A stretch of DNA of 64,000 nt. Source: Camelus ferus. Its lineage: Eukaryota. Position 1 is the stretch's first letter; each line of letters opens with the position of its first letter. Made by a program: the position numbers and the translations under genes. The DNA lies in contig NC_045696.1 of assembly GCF_009834535.1 (NCBI RefSeq), forward strand, positions 80,478,001 through 80,542,000. Direction: 5' to 3'. Of this stretch, positions 13,690-27,260 are shown one piece after another. A model generated the notes under the pieces. That model did no database searches and was not told the DNA's origin. It saw only the letters and a list, made by a program, of their open reading frames with translations.

Positions 13690-13905
13690 TCTGCCTGGCT
13701 TCATTTCCCAGTTCACTATTCACAGTGGTTGTATGACCTTGGACAATTCACTTAGACTTTCTGAGCCTCACTTCTCAACAGCTGTAAGTGAGAACAACAG
13801 TACCTACGTCATAGGCTTGGGTTTAAAGATTAAATTCAATTAATACGTGCAAAAGCGCTTAGAGCAGCGTGTGGCACAATGCTCACTCATCAAAATGTTA
13901 GCAAT
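13690..13905 (+). mobile_element. MIR SINE
   Basis: gtatgaccttggacaattcacttagactttctgagcctcacttctc...ctgtaag...acagtacctacgtcatagg...aaagcgcttagagcagcgtgtggcaca...aaatgttagc. Confidence 0.88.
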
Positions 13906-16467
13906 CATTCCAATTTTTTCTTTCTTTTTATTTACAGCTTTTTGTTTTTTCCTTGCTCTTTTAATAGTACATATCCCTGTAACACATAAAAACAAGTATA
14001 TACTTTGTACAATATTGACTTAAAAGGCAAAACTTCGTCAGATAAATATCAAACATTTCACAGTACAGAATGTGAACAGAAATGCTACCACCTCAATAAA
14101 GTATTACTTTTTAATCACCAAAATGTACACCAGGCAAACTGTCTCTTAACCCCTGGCATGACCCCTAAAACTGTTAAAGTCATTTCTATAAAATGCTTCA
14201 AAGAATGTAGGACAAGTAAGTGATTTACGGCCAGAAAATGTTTTCTTCCTGGCCTTGATTTCAAAAGTAGCGAAATGACTTTAACATGCTCGTTCCCCCT
14301 TCCTCTTGTCACTGTCATCAAAACCCTTTCAAAGGACATTGTGAAATATACAGTAATGGTTTCCGAAACTCAGCTCTGTCTTGGAACCCTAAGGTTTCTC
14401 TTCTTTCTGAAATAGGCCATTGCCCCCATAAGGCATTCAGGAATTTAAAAAGCTAGGAAAATAAAACCCGTTTCACAATGGTGGTATGAGAAAAGCTATC
14501 GTCTCTATATACTTATCTCCTAATCAGTGAGTTTACTGCCTCTGCTCAACTGTGTTTGAGAACCTCCTGATATTATTATAATCCTTCCCTAATTAAAACA
14601 CAAACTTCTCTTCCTGAACTTTTAGGACTACTAGGTCCCTTTTGATTTTTTAGTTGATAACCTCATGACACACAAGATTTAAAGGATATGAGAATATGGT
14701 GAAAAATGGTTTTCTTCCTATTCAAACCACGAACACTGGATATGTGAAGTAAAAAGCCACACAATCTCCCCAAACTAATTTCCTTTCTGACTGTATTGGG
14801 AAATCATTGATCTATTAAACTTTTAGCAGGGGGAGGATTTCTTTTAATCTCTTAAAGTGTCTGGAACTCCCTTTAATTAAATACTCTTGCCACTTACAGG
14901 TAGGTCTACACAAATGTACATACACACAGATTAAATAAAGTGGAAACAAAAACACACTTTCAAACTTTTTTTTTTTTTTTTTTTTGAGAAACTATTAAGA
15001 AGCTCAGAGGCCACATGTACTCTTCCACAGACAGATGAAAGATGTCACATGTACAATTTCTAGAACTGGAACTAGAATGTTTGCTAAAAGCCAAGTAATT
15101 CCATGAAAAAAACGCCTTGGGAAATTTGATCAATTTCAAGTTTTAGGCTGTGACTTCAACAGTCAAGAATTCCTTTTTTTTTTTTTTTCATTGAACAAGA
15201 TGTGAGCACAAACAAGAACTATGATCACGTTTATAGTCATTAAAAAACTTAACTGCAATATGCAAGTACATGGTTTAACATCTTAAAAGTCTACTAGCAT
15301 TTATTAATAAACTGCCTTCCCATTTACTTATAGCATATTGTGAAAGGTTGGAGGGTAGCTTAATTATAACCAACAGTAATTCATGCAATGATCCTACAAC
15401 TTTATTCCCACATCAAAGAGAATGAAGGAAAGCCCAGCAATGTTGTATTTTTAGGGCCACACATAGCTCACGGAGAGCTTCTGAGCCCCTGCCAAGACCG
15501 TGAGGCCATTTGGTTTCACTCTGTGCTTCTTTCCTGCTACCAGGGATGCACCAGAGCCCACACATGTAAACACCCCTTGCTCTGATGCTATATTCAGAAT
15601 ATTCACCCATTCTGGGAGAAGAATTAACTAGACTGACTTGAAAAGAATGTACAAATGAGGCTGACACATCTGAAAATAGTGGAAAATAGGCATCCAGGGT
15701 ATAAATTATCATTTAAACCAGTCTCAGAAATAGATCAGCTATAAATAATTATACTACAATTTTGACATTTCGAAATGGTATTTTTATAAGCTGAATACTC
15801 ACCAATAGGTAAACAAGTAGTGAATAAACAGAATGTTATTATTGTACTAGTCTATAAACTGGTACTTGTGTTTCCAAATGGCTATTTTCAACAATTGTGC
15901 CTTTGTAGCAATAGAACATATTCTTACCTTATTAACTTAAATATTACATTATTCAAAAAGGATATAAGACGACTGAGATCACAACATAGCAAGATAAAAG
16001 AAAACTGAGAAAAATATAGAAAAGGCAAAATATTGATACGATAAAATCCAATAAACCCTATTTAAAAAAAAAAAAAAATCCTTGAGTCTTTCTAAATAGC
16101 CAAAAGAATTTCTTGCTGGCTAAAGCAGTCATAAGGATAAGGCCACAGCTAGTAGGTAACCAGTTAATTATGGTGAAAGCAATTATCAGAACAAATAATG
16201 GAAATAAAAAACTTGTGCTGTTTGGCATGGGTCTAAGACCTAAATGTGAGGTCTTCTGCTGAACCCTGTGAATGTCTAATAATGAATCTCCAATTATTCA
16301 TGGGAACTCGAGACATAGACAAGCTAAAAGATTACGTAGGCAATTTGCGGGAACACTGACTTTTTAAAAAAATTATTCAACACTGACAAATCCCACAAGA
16401 AAACTAAAAGAAATACAAAGATAATAAAATAAAGCACAGGTCCTAGCCTAAGCTTAAACTCTAGAGC

Positions 16468-16620
16468 CGTGACTCTTAAACTTTGGTGCGCATCAAATTT
16501 ACCCAGAGAGTTTCTCAAAATCCAGACTAAGTTCCATTTCCCACAGTTTTAGAATCAGAAGATCTGAGGTGGGTTCCAAGAGTTAGCATTTCTAACCATT
16601 TCTCAGGTGATAACTCTGAT
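16468..16620. mobile_element. MER5A-like hAT-Charlie MITE fragment
   Basis: aaactttggtgcgcatcaaatttacccagagag...gatctgaggtgggttccaagagttagcatttctaaccatttctcaggtgat. Confidence 0.75.
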
Positions 16621-16639
16621 TTAATGGATTAAAAGTCAA

Positions 16640-18662
16640 TAAGCATCCACATCCGACACTATACTCAAAGGCTAAAATACTGAAAGCTTCCCCCTCCCAA
16701 CATCAGGAACAAGGCAAGGACGCCCACTTGCACCACCACTATTCAACACTGTACCAGAAGTTCTAGCTAGAAAATCTGAGCAAAAAAAGAAAAGCCATTC
16801 AAATTGAAAAGGAAGAAGGAAACTATATTTGCAGATGACATAATCCTATATACAAAAATCCCAAAGATTCCACACACAAAAAACTACTAGAGATAAAAAA
16901 TGAATTCAGTGAATTTAAAGGGAAAAGAGCAATGCACAAGTCAACTGTGTATCTATACACCAGAAAAGAACAATCTGAAAAGGAAATTAAGAATACAATT
17001 CTATTTACAACAGCATCCAAAAGAGTCAAATACCTAGGTATAAATTTAATCAAGGGGTGAAAGATCTATGCATTTAAATTACAAAACACTGCTGAAAGAA
17101 ATTAAAGAAGACCTTAATAAATGGAACCAAAGAACATCTAAATAAAGACATAAATGGAAGACTTAATATTGCTAAGATGGCAATACTACTCAAAGCGATC
17201 TACAGAATCAATGTAACCTCTAACAAAATTCCAACGGCCTTTTTGGCAGAAATGGAAAAGTCCATCCTCAAATTCATGTGGAATTACAAGAGGCCCCAAA
17301 CAGACACAAAGAATCAACTTGGACCCCTACCTGACATCATATATAAAAATTAACTCATCATAGAGGGTGGGAGTACAGGTCAGAGCATGTGCTTGGTGTG
17401 CACGAGGTCCTGGGTTCAATCCCCAGTACCTCTGTTAAAGAGGAAAAAAAATGTTTTTAATTTTAATTAACTCATCATAGACCTAAATACAAGAGCTAAA
17501 ATTATAAGACTCTTAGACGAAAACATGGGTTTCATGATGTTGCATTTGGCAATGGATTCTTAGATGACACCAAAAGCACAAGCAACAAAAGAAAAAAAAA
17601 AAAGATAAAGTGGACTTCATAAAAGCTAACTTTTTGCACAAAGGGTATTACTAATGAAGTGAAAAGACAACATATAAAATGGGGGAAAATATTTACAAAT
17701 AATTATACATTTGGTAAGGAATTAGTATTCCAAATATATGAAGAATTCTCACAACGCAACAACAACAAAAAAAACCAATTTAAAAGTGTAAAGGGCTTAA
17801 ACAGACGTTTCACCAAAGAACAAAGAAGATACACAAATAGCCAACAAACATATGGGAAGATGCTTACAATATCCTTAGTCATTAGGAAAAAGGAAATCAA
17901 AACCACAGTGAGGTGCCACTTCACATCCACTACAATGGCTGTTGTCAGAAAAACAGAAAATAAGTGTTGGTGAGGATGTGGAAAAAAATCGGAACTTTTG
18001 TGCTGATAGGAATGTAAAATTGTACAGCTACTGTGGGAAACAACCTGGCTCTTCCTCAAAAAGTAAAACAGAAAAGTACCATATGATCCATCAATATCAC
18101 TCCCAGGTATATACACAGAAGGATTAAAACAAATATATGTACACACATGTTCACAGAAGCAGTAGTCACGATAGCCAAAAGGTGAAACTGCCAAAATACC
18201 CATAAGGAGATGAATGGGTGAACACAAGTAGTATACTACCAACAAAGGAATATCACTCAGTCATAAAAAGGAGTGAAGTACTGATATATGCTACAAGGGG
18301 GATGAACCTTGAAAAGATTATGTTAAGTATGCTACAAGGGGGATGAACCTTGAAAACATTATGACCAGACACAAAAGGTCACATATTGTGTAATTCTATG
18401 TATATAAAATATCTAGAATAAATAAACCAACAGAGACAAAACTCAGATTTGTGGTTTCCAAGGGCTGAGGGGTGGTAGGGATTTGGGAAGTAACTGCTTA
18501 TTGGGTGCAGGGTTTCCTTTCGGGGTGATGAAAATATTTTAGAACTAGATAGAAATAGTGATTGCAGAATACTGTAAATATACTAAATGCCAAAGAATTA
18601 GAATAGTTAATTCTCTGGAATTAATAGTTAGTTATATGCAGTTCACCAGAATTAAAAAAAAA
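16640..18662 (+). mobile_element. Decayed 5'-truncated L1 (L1MB-like): ORF2 RT domain to 3' end, with internal deletion and nested SINE
   Basis: RT motifs SGTRQG (tcaggaacaaggcaagga, 16703-16720) and FADD (tttgcagatgac, 16828-16839). ORF2 C-terminal remnants (ORF 17659-17973) and an A-rich tail at about 18651-18662 are present. Many frameshifts and stops. Confidence 0.93.
17365..17464 (+). mobile_element. Camelid tRNA-derived SINE (Vic-1-type), short copy nested in L1, 17-bp TSD
   Basis: gggtgggagtacaggtcagagcatgtgcttggtgtgcacgaggtcctgggttcaatccccagtacc (B-box ggttcaatcc). Flanked by aattaactcatcataga at 17348-17364 and 17465-17481. Confidence 0.9.
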
Positions 18663-19334
18663 ATTTTTTAATGATGAGCACATAACCAAAGAACTAAGCT
18701 AGTAAAACTGGGGTTATAAATAAACTACCCAAAAGCAACTGACCATAAATCTCCTAGAGCACATCTTCATTCCTCATGCATTCATTTTTGGGAGGATGCT
18801 ATGTCTAGACATTGTGCTATGCAAAAACCAGTAGGATGCATTCTCTATACTCAAAGTACTGGTAGTCTTAATTATGGGGATACAGATATATAAACAAATA
18901 AACACAAGGAGTATCTCAGGCACTGCTTAAATTTAGTAGAATTTTAAAAGATTATCATCCTATGGTCACGTTAGTAAATATACAAATGAGTTGTTAGAAG
19001 TCCCTTAGGATTTAGTAGAGGTCTCACTGTTTGCAAGTAAAGAAACTGAGGCTCAGAAGCAAACTGACCAGCAGGCAGGTGATGAAACAACAGGGTCCAG
19101 AAGTCAGTTCTTCTAGTATTTAGTTCAACGTGGTTTCTAATTTTACCTTCCTATAGGAATAAGATTTGCCATGTCTTACAATGGTGCCGCAATGTCATTT
19201 TTTTCTCAAGGTATGATTTTCATATAGAGCCAGGTACAGACAGCATGTTTCTCTGGGTCAAATATATTTATCAGTCTCTCCAATCTGCAAGCATCCCGCC
19301 AGAGAGGAAACAGACTGGGAAGAGCAGAGTCTGA

Positions 19335-19610
19335 GCAGTGCAAAAAATAAAAGCCTTACAGCTAGTCAGGCTGAGGTCTGGGTGCGAGCTCTACCACTCT
19401 TCAGCACTATTTTAAGTAATTGGGAAAATTACTTAAAATCTCTGACAGATCTGCACTTTTCTGACCTACATAAAGGGATGATGACAAGAGCTATTTGCTG
19501 TTCTGAGGGTTGTTTTATAAGGGTTGGTCTATAAGTGTTGTTCTGAGGACTGGAAGTTGTAATAATGCATATAAAGTGTCTAGTACAGTATCCTGTCAAA
19601 TAATGTTGTT
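19335..19610 (+). mobile_element. MIR SINE
   Basis: gtcaggctgaggtctgggtgcgagctctaccact...tgggaaaattacttaaaatctctga...aaagtgtctagtacagtatcctg. Confidence 0.7.
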
Positions 19611-22600
19611 TTAAAAGCAACTTTAACATTGTGCCATGAAGGAAAATACTATATGAGCAAAGAGATTAATAGAAAGTAACCATTTACCACAGAGAGGAAT
19701 GAAGAGTTACATGGTTTCTCAAATGAGCAAGTTAGTTATTCTGTTCTTCACATTTTTTCCTCTAAAAATGCGTTTCTATTTGTATCTTCAAAAATAATAT
19801 TTTAAAAATGTAAAACATTTAAGATGTATGAATTATGATTATTTAAAAGCAAGGAACAAGTAAGAAAAACGGAAGACTGTTTTCCCACAGGTGTGTACTT
19901 TCCCATCCCTAATCCTAGCCCTCTACCTGTCCTAAAACTACCTGTTATCTTCCCCTAATTTCTAGGAAACCCTGGAAAATTGGGTGTGCCTAACTTTGTA
20001 AGTGTCTGAAACAACTAAATCAAAGGCCCAGCCCTTGTTTTCTGAAAGTCAACACTCTCTCTCTCTCTGACACTGGCTATTTCCTAGTCTGGCTCAGCTA
20101 TTGTCCTTAAAAGCAGCAAGCTGACCATAACAACAAATTGCCCAATGACTGAAATATTCCTGCTGAAGTCTTCCTGAAGTAAACCAGCACCAAGGACCAA
20201 AACTGAGCTGCTGACAGAACTCATAAACAATGGGTCACCACGATCCTATCACTTAGCCACTTCAAAACACAAGAAGGTGCTACATTAGTTAAACCTGTTT
20301 TGTCAATGTGAAATACAAGTCTTTTCTTTCCAAATACTCCTCTTTGAACTTGTTTTGCTACTTAGCTGTTATAAGGGCATCAGGTGCAGAGAGACAGGTC
20401 TCAAATAAGACTAAACTTCATGAATTCCAATTTTCCTTAATTTCAATAAAACTTAAGTATCTACCCAATCTACTTTATCAAGCTGTTTTAAGGCTTAAGT
20501 GTTAATAAATCTACATATTTACTGAGTGATTATAGAGTGCTTTCCTTATATTAGTTAATATTTTACTGCATCTAATTCAATTAACACTTACTGTACAAGA
20601 TGCTGTTAAGGGATCGAAAGCCACACAGAATATTTTATAACAGATACATTACTAACAAACTACTACATGAATAAGCAGTAATTGTTTTATTAGAGGCCAA
20701 GAGCTCTGGACAATAAAAATTATCCATGGGGTGGGTAGAAGGAACGTATTTAAAACTCCCAGTAACTGGCAACGAACGGTAAAGGAAGCTGGTGAATCCA
20801 CTCACAACAGGCATGATGGCTAACATAGCTTTTAAAAGAACTTGATTTAAATTCAAGGCTACAGAAATACAAGCTCTAAGACTATCAAAGATATTAGGTG
20901 TTATGAGAGAGGCCGGCAATACAGCCTTCAACTGCTGATTTTACAACTCCTGGTTGTTGCTTTGTTCAGTTCTACAAACCTTTGCTGAACTCAATCTAGT
21001 TGCCAGGCCCTGTGCAGGATGCCAAGGACACAATGACACTGAAGAGAACAAGCATTTCTGTTCTTAATTATGGAGAGAATGGCATGCGGAATGAGTAATG
21101 CACAGGTGCACAGAAGTGCGGGGGAGGGGGACAACCCAGCTTTGCATCCTGCTTTTGGCCTGAGGTTTCTGTGATAGACACATTGTATCTCGGTACGGAG
21201 TCAGGCATCTAGCCCAGACATCTCAAGCAGTATGAGCATTTGGTAAAAGTCTAGCCTAGCAATAGAAATGATTAAAGAATTAAGTAGAAGGCCTATGAAA
21301 AATAGTTCAAAAAGTTCATCTTTGGGGAAAAAATAAAACACAAAACAGTGAGTTCATACATCCAGCCTGATGCTGAAGCCGGATCTCCCAAGGTCCCAGG
21401 GCCCTACTCCTCACATTAAACATTATCACCCTATCCAAATTTGGAATGTAACTTACCCAGGCCACAAAGGAAAAACATTCACTATCACCCTGTCAGGTAG
21501 ACTTCTCTAAATGAACACTAAGATTCAGTCTGTCTTTTGTTTTTAGTTTTAATGTCAAGTTTTAATGGCAAATAATCCATAGATTATGTATTTCTACTTA
21601 AACCAGACCTTATACACTCCCAAACTCTGAGGAATGACATAAATAAAACCCAGTAATACTGAGAAAAGGCTTCTGATACTCTACAAAGTCTCTGCGAATA
21701 GCAGCAGCAAAATTAAAATAAAGGCATCAGAAAGGGCATGCACTTCAAAGGCCGTTAAAGCAAGCCTTTCCTTGGTTCTGCGTGTTTTCTCCATGCCCAT
21801 TGAGAGAGCCCCTCACACTTCCTCACACAGGGTAATGAGCCCATTTCACCCACCTACTGGTATTCCGGTTAATTACAAATTCAGAAGGAAGCTACACAAA
21901 AACCTGAGTCCGAATAGGTGAGCACAATTTCAGTGGAACCCTCCAGGTAGTCTTGCTGAGGGTAAAAATTTATCAGAGCAGAGTATCTTGAACTTCATTT
22001 TAAATGTCCTAAAACAGAAACTGACGTTTTTAAGAAATAAGTCTATTAATTTTGTACAGAAAAAAAATCGGAGAGCATTATTCACTAAAAGGAAATGGCA
22101 GAAACAGCAACTAAGCAACGTGCCAGCAGGAATGGGGCAGAACTTACTCACTGTGGCCCTGAGTATTTTAAAGGGGTCGCCTTCATTCTCTCACCAGCTT
22201 TCTCTGCTCTCAGAAAGGGCTATGAAAGGGAACAAGGATAAATAAAACCTTGTCCACTCTTCCTTCCCAGACCCCAGCTCCCACCCCATTTGGCTGGCCA
22301 CAAAGCCTGCTTCTCCCGGGAAGGACAGAACAGCAAGCAAAAGATAGGACAGCGAATGGATATTTTCCTAACAACTCTGTGAAGAACTCAGGGGCAAATG
22401 TGCACTTCCTGTTTTATTTGTGCTCCGCTCTGCATTTCCAAGGTCACCCTCTAGAGGGGCAAGTTTGAAAATAGTACTGAAATTATTAACCCAACAGTAT
22501 GTGATTACATTCCTCCCAAGATCTGTTTTGCATTATTCACCTGTTACAAATGAAAGAACATTAAAAACACCACCCACCTGAAAGCTGAATTACGAATAAT

Positions 22601-23435
22601 AATAATGTATAGCTCTACCAACATTTCCTTACGCAATATACTGAGGGAGTTCAATTATCCATTGCTCTGATGAGGTCTACAAAGCAAAGCACAGAGGATC
22701 CCTTTTAGCTGCCCTCAAGGCTGCCTCTTCTGCCCCCACCCCAGAGTGTTTGCCGTAACAGAAAACCTTTGACAACGTTCTAAAGGCATTTTATTGACAA
22801 CATCCCAACATGGTTTACTATCCTAGTTCTTTTAATCCATGCACCTCAAAAATGCAAAGGCAAGAGAGAAATATCTGGGATCAGTGGAACAGAACTGCTT
22901 AAAGAGAGCCAACAGTTACTGTGGAAATGGACGGGACAAGTAAGCCAAATGTTCCAAGAACACAAGTCACAGTTTACCTACCTGATGCCAATTTGTTCTC
23001 CAATCTATGAGTTATTCACTCAGAATCACACAAAGTCAGGTTAGAAGCTGTCTCTCAACTGGAACTGTCTCTCAAGACCAGCAATCTTCTGAAATTAACT
23101 TAATTTTACAAAAGTGATTTGATTGCTAATAAAAATTCTCTTAATTATCCAGTGGCTGGGACCTAATAACTGGCTTTGAGATGACTAGCTCAATTTATAG
23201 TTCTAGTCCCTGCCTTACCTAAACCACGCAGAGGAGGCCAAGAAAATAAACGAGAGTTCCTACAGACCAGCAATGTGTATACAGCTTGCCGCTTTTACTG
23301 TTTTGTTTGTATGCAAAAAGCAAAGGGCAGGCTGAGACTGACAGTAAACAACAACCACAAATAGGTTAGACTCTCCCTCTTGAAACCTGATCAAAGGCGG
23401 TCAGTAAACACCTCCAAGTAAGAGCAGGAAGTTTA

Positions 23436-23535
23436 NNNNNNNNNNNNNNNNNNNNNNNNNNNNNNNNNNNNNNNNNNNNNNNNNNNNNNNNNNNNNNNNN
23501 NNNNNNNNNNNNNNNNNNNNNNNNNNNNNNNNNNN
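23436..23535. other. Assembly gap (100 N)
   Basis: Exactly 100 N, a conventional placeholder for a gap of unknown length. Confidence 0.98.
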
Positions 23536-23675
<140 letters not shown>

Positions 23676-24878
23676 GGAGGAAGAGAACAGAGAGAAAGAC
23701 TGGGACCTAACATTTAACACAGTTAACATAAGACTACAGATTTAGAGAGAGGCAGAAGGACAGAAATGAGGAATGAACAATCATAAGCAGACATTTATTT
23801 ATTTGTGTTTTTCTTAATACTGAGACTCTAAATAATGAATTCTTTCAGATAAATTTCTGAGTTGAAGTTTTAAAGACACTGTTCTTTCCAATCTGTAATA
23901 AATTGCATTTGATATAGCCAAGCAGGATGAATAATTTATCTTGATCTCTGCAATTAAGCCCTTGTTCCTAAAGTAAGTGCACCAGAGGCTATAGACTCCT
24001 CACAGGAAAAATCTCCAAAATTAAGATGAGAACAGAAATCGTCATGCCCTGTAATTAGAGATCGAGGCAGTCAAAATAAAACAGGAGATAAGTTATCTAC
24101 AGAATCATTCCTCAGTGAATGTGAGTATACCAAGCAACAAAGGTGGATTACTGAATTGGCGTTAGCACTTACTAAACAGTCTTCTGTGAATTCGGTTAGT
24201 ATGAGTTGGTTTTCCAGAGCATGGTCACCAATTCTATCTCCATCTTCCCATGTAAACTTAAAACTGAATTTCCTATCCTGTGAAACTAAGAATCAATTCA
24301 CTACGTTGAGGAAAAATAGTAAGTCTGGCAATTTGTGTCACATATATCATCTTTAACCTGATTCCAAGACCATGGCAGACCATCAAACCATCAAACACTG
24401 CACACTTGGCACTAGGCCTGGAGGCTGTTTCTGGATCCTGCACACGGTACTCCAGTCAGCCACAATAAATTGGTTGAGAGTTGGCAGGAGAGTTGAAACT
24501 CACTTTCCTTGCTGCAAAATAGACGGTACTGTAAAGTTAGACAAGAATCTGAAGCCTCGATCCATCACCTCAATAGCCTGCTTAAGTTCTGAGAAACTCA
24601 GGCCTGCCAGCCTCTAGAATGGGATGAAGATGAGGCCAACAGTGACAATATTATCAGTTCTCATGGCATTAAAAGTGATGATTATTTGAGATTAAAAGTA
24701 AAATTTGCCCAGCATAAAGCAAATGTTTAATATACGTTAAGTTCTTCTAAGATACTCTTGCAGCCCACAGAATATGCCACAATATTGATATCAATGATAG
24801 TACATATACCAAATACTAACATAAAAAATGATTTTGTGAGTTTAATATTGAGAACAAGGACCAAGCTGAAAACAACTA

Positions 24879-24903
24879 CACACACACACACACACACACA
24901 CAC
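24879..24903 (+). repeat. (CA)n microsatellite
   Basis: About 12 CA units. Confidence 0.9.
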
Positions 24904-24924
24904 TCAGTGAGATGAAGCTGAAAG

Positions 24925-25070
24925 GACCCGGGCTACAATCATGACCAGCTGTGTGCTGTGTGATTTTGAGGAAATTATGTGGCTTCTCTGAGCCCTAGTC
25001 TCTTCATCGGGAAAATAAGGAGGGTTAGTCATGTTCTGTGGTCTCATTTACTTCTTAAACCATATGACTT
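24925..25070 (+). mobile_element. MIR (MIR3/MIRc-like) fragment
   Basis: ctgtgtgattttgaggaaattatgtggcttctctgagccctagtctcttcatcgggaaaataagg. Confidence 0.65.
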
Positions 25071-25544
25071 TATAAATGAAATGAGATTATAGGTAAAGAT
25101 AATTTCAAGTTCATCAATATTTTATCATTAAACAAGAGATCCAATGGTTGTCAAATTACAAATTTTTAAATATTTAATCATTGACTTCCCCCTCCGATAT
25201 TACACTAAATAAACTTACCCATTATGGTTTACTAACCTATCATTGAAGCCTATTAATATTTACAAGAACAAAATTCAGAGAGACAATAGAAAGAAATTTC
25301 ACGGTGAATGCTGTGTGAAGCAGATGATGGAGAGTTCTGCTGTGAACACTGCAGTGTTTCCAACCTCATCCTCTGGTAACTCCCATAGCTTCTGAGCCAC
25401 TGCAGCCTTCACTAAGAAGGTTACACTTAAGATTATATAATTTAAAAAGTCGGCACCTTTAGAAAGGGGCAGGCACTCTGAGCAGGCCGGAATTCACAGG
25501 AGAGAAAACATTCTAGCAAAGCTCCAGGGGGACAGAGACGTGGT

Positions 25545-25720
25545 TCAGAGCAGGGGATCTGAAGTCTTGCCTCCTGAGTCAGCATTCCAACTTCCTCTCT
25601 TACTTCCTATGTGAACTTGGTCAAGGCACCTAACATCACTGAGTTTCAGTTTCCCCAACTGTACAACAGCAATCAAAATATATACTGTCACGACACAGCA
25701 AGCAGTGAGTAACTGTTAAT
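25545..25720 (+). mobile_element. MIR fragment
   Basis: tacttcctatgtgaacttggtcaaggcacctaacatcactgagtttcagtttccccaactgtacaa. Confidence 0.7.
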
Positions 25721-26611
25721 TGCTGGTATTTGAAAATAATAAAAATCACAAAATCCCCTGATATTTCCTCATTCCAAACACTGTAAGAAACATGACTGAA
25801 TAATGTGATTTTAAACAAAGCAAATAATCAAATTTATTTAAAACATTGGTGTTTCTGGGATCATCATTTATTATCAGATTTAAGAAGGTACAACTTTGAT
25901 AGTCCAAAATGGAATAATCTACCTTGCTGCCATGGTGAGCACTTGTTGAGGAGGGAGCACCTTGTCATAGGAAATTTGAAATGGAAAGCAGTTAACTGTC
26001 AATTAAGGACATTGCAGAAGAGACGCCAGGGGAATTTTGGCGGTGGGATGAGACAGCTTCTCAAACTTGCCAGACTAAAGTGAAAAAAATCATTCTTATC
26101 ACATCTTGAAAAATAAGTGTTTAAATGACAATATTTTAATTGAACTTTTTCTTTTCCTTTTTCTTTTTTTAAAACAATGTTCCTCCTCTACAATGGCATC
26201 AAAGCAAACTGTCTTACAAATAAGAATAACTATATATTCTATGATTATGATTACAATTCACTAAGTTTAGACAAGGTTACCATTCCTTGCAAGCAGATAC
26301 TAATACTAAAAAAAAAAAATAGTCATAGTCTCCCAATTAAAAAAACTTAGTAAAGAAAGTTTAAATGCTTCCCTTTCCAATATGATGGTTCATTCCTAGG
26401 GCCCTTCTTCTAGTAGTAGGGGAAACACTCTGGCAGTGATAAAACAAGAATGAACAAAATAATGTAACTGAGTACAAAATTGTACAAGGCAATCTAAAAA
26501 TGTTTCAAGATAACTAAGACATCTGATCTGGCCCATAGTGAAGGGAGGAGCTTCACATTTTAATGAGAGGTTGGGGCACTGGAGGTACGGAATCTAAAAC
26601 AAAGGCCAAGA

Positions 26612-26770
26612 GGGGAGGGTATAGCTCAAGTGGAAGAGTGCATGCTTAGCATGCATGAGGTCCTGGGTTCCATCCCCGGGACCGCCATTAAATAAATTAA
26701 CTAATTAACCTAATTACCTCCCACCCCAAAATAATTAAATTAAATTAAAATAAAAAACAAACAAACAAAA
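26612..26770 (+). mobile_element. Camelid tRNA-derived SINE (Vic-1-type), full length, 14-bp TSD
   Basis: ggggagggtatagctcaagtggaagagtgcatgcttagcatgcatgaggtcctgggttccatcccc (A-box tagctcaagtgg, B-box-like ggttccatcc) with an AT-rich tail. Flanked by taaaacaaaggcca at 26595-26608 and 26771-26784. Confidence 0.93.
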
Positions 26771-27139
26771 TAAAACAAAGGCCAGAAGGCAAAATGTGCA
26801 GAGTGTGTGCTCAGAATGGTTCATGGGCTTGAAATCTTTTCACTTTAGTCAAATTCAGCATCAGCACTCTTCGAAAAAGTGAGGGAAAAACTCTGTCTCA
26901 ATAGTACCACTTCTTAGCGTAACAATAAAAACGAAATTTTAATTATAACTCAATGTATATTTCTGCGGTTGAATTTTAGTTAATAATACAAATAAAGAAG
27001 TTGACTAAACATACTTGTAGTATGTACTCAGGCCAAGATTTATTGAAGTTGGTTTACGAATTGCAGAATTAATTGAAATAACCATGCCTGAAATTTTTAC
27101 TATCTCAATTATGCACTCTCTAGAACTGATCAATGATTC

Positions 27140-27260
27140 ATGTATTTAGCAATCATTCCTCCAACATTTGCTGAGTGCCCAAGTGCCAGGTATTGGCTTG
27201 AAAGGGCATAGAGGTGAACAAGACACCCAGCATAGCATCCCCACTCGCATGAAACTCACT
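27140..27260 (-). mobile_element. L2 3' end fragment
   Basis: aatcattcctccaacatttgctgagtgcccaagtgccaggtattgg...gaggtgaacaagacac. Confidence 0.6.

Noticed and set aside
17659..18245. Overlapping 104-aa and 180-aa ORFs
   Set aside because: These are sense and antisense readings of the L1 fossil.
26612..26690. tRNA gene (A-box and B-box present)
   Set aside because: The AT-rich tail, TSD, lack of a proper acceptor stem and multiple diverged copies identify it as a tRNA-derived SINE.
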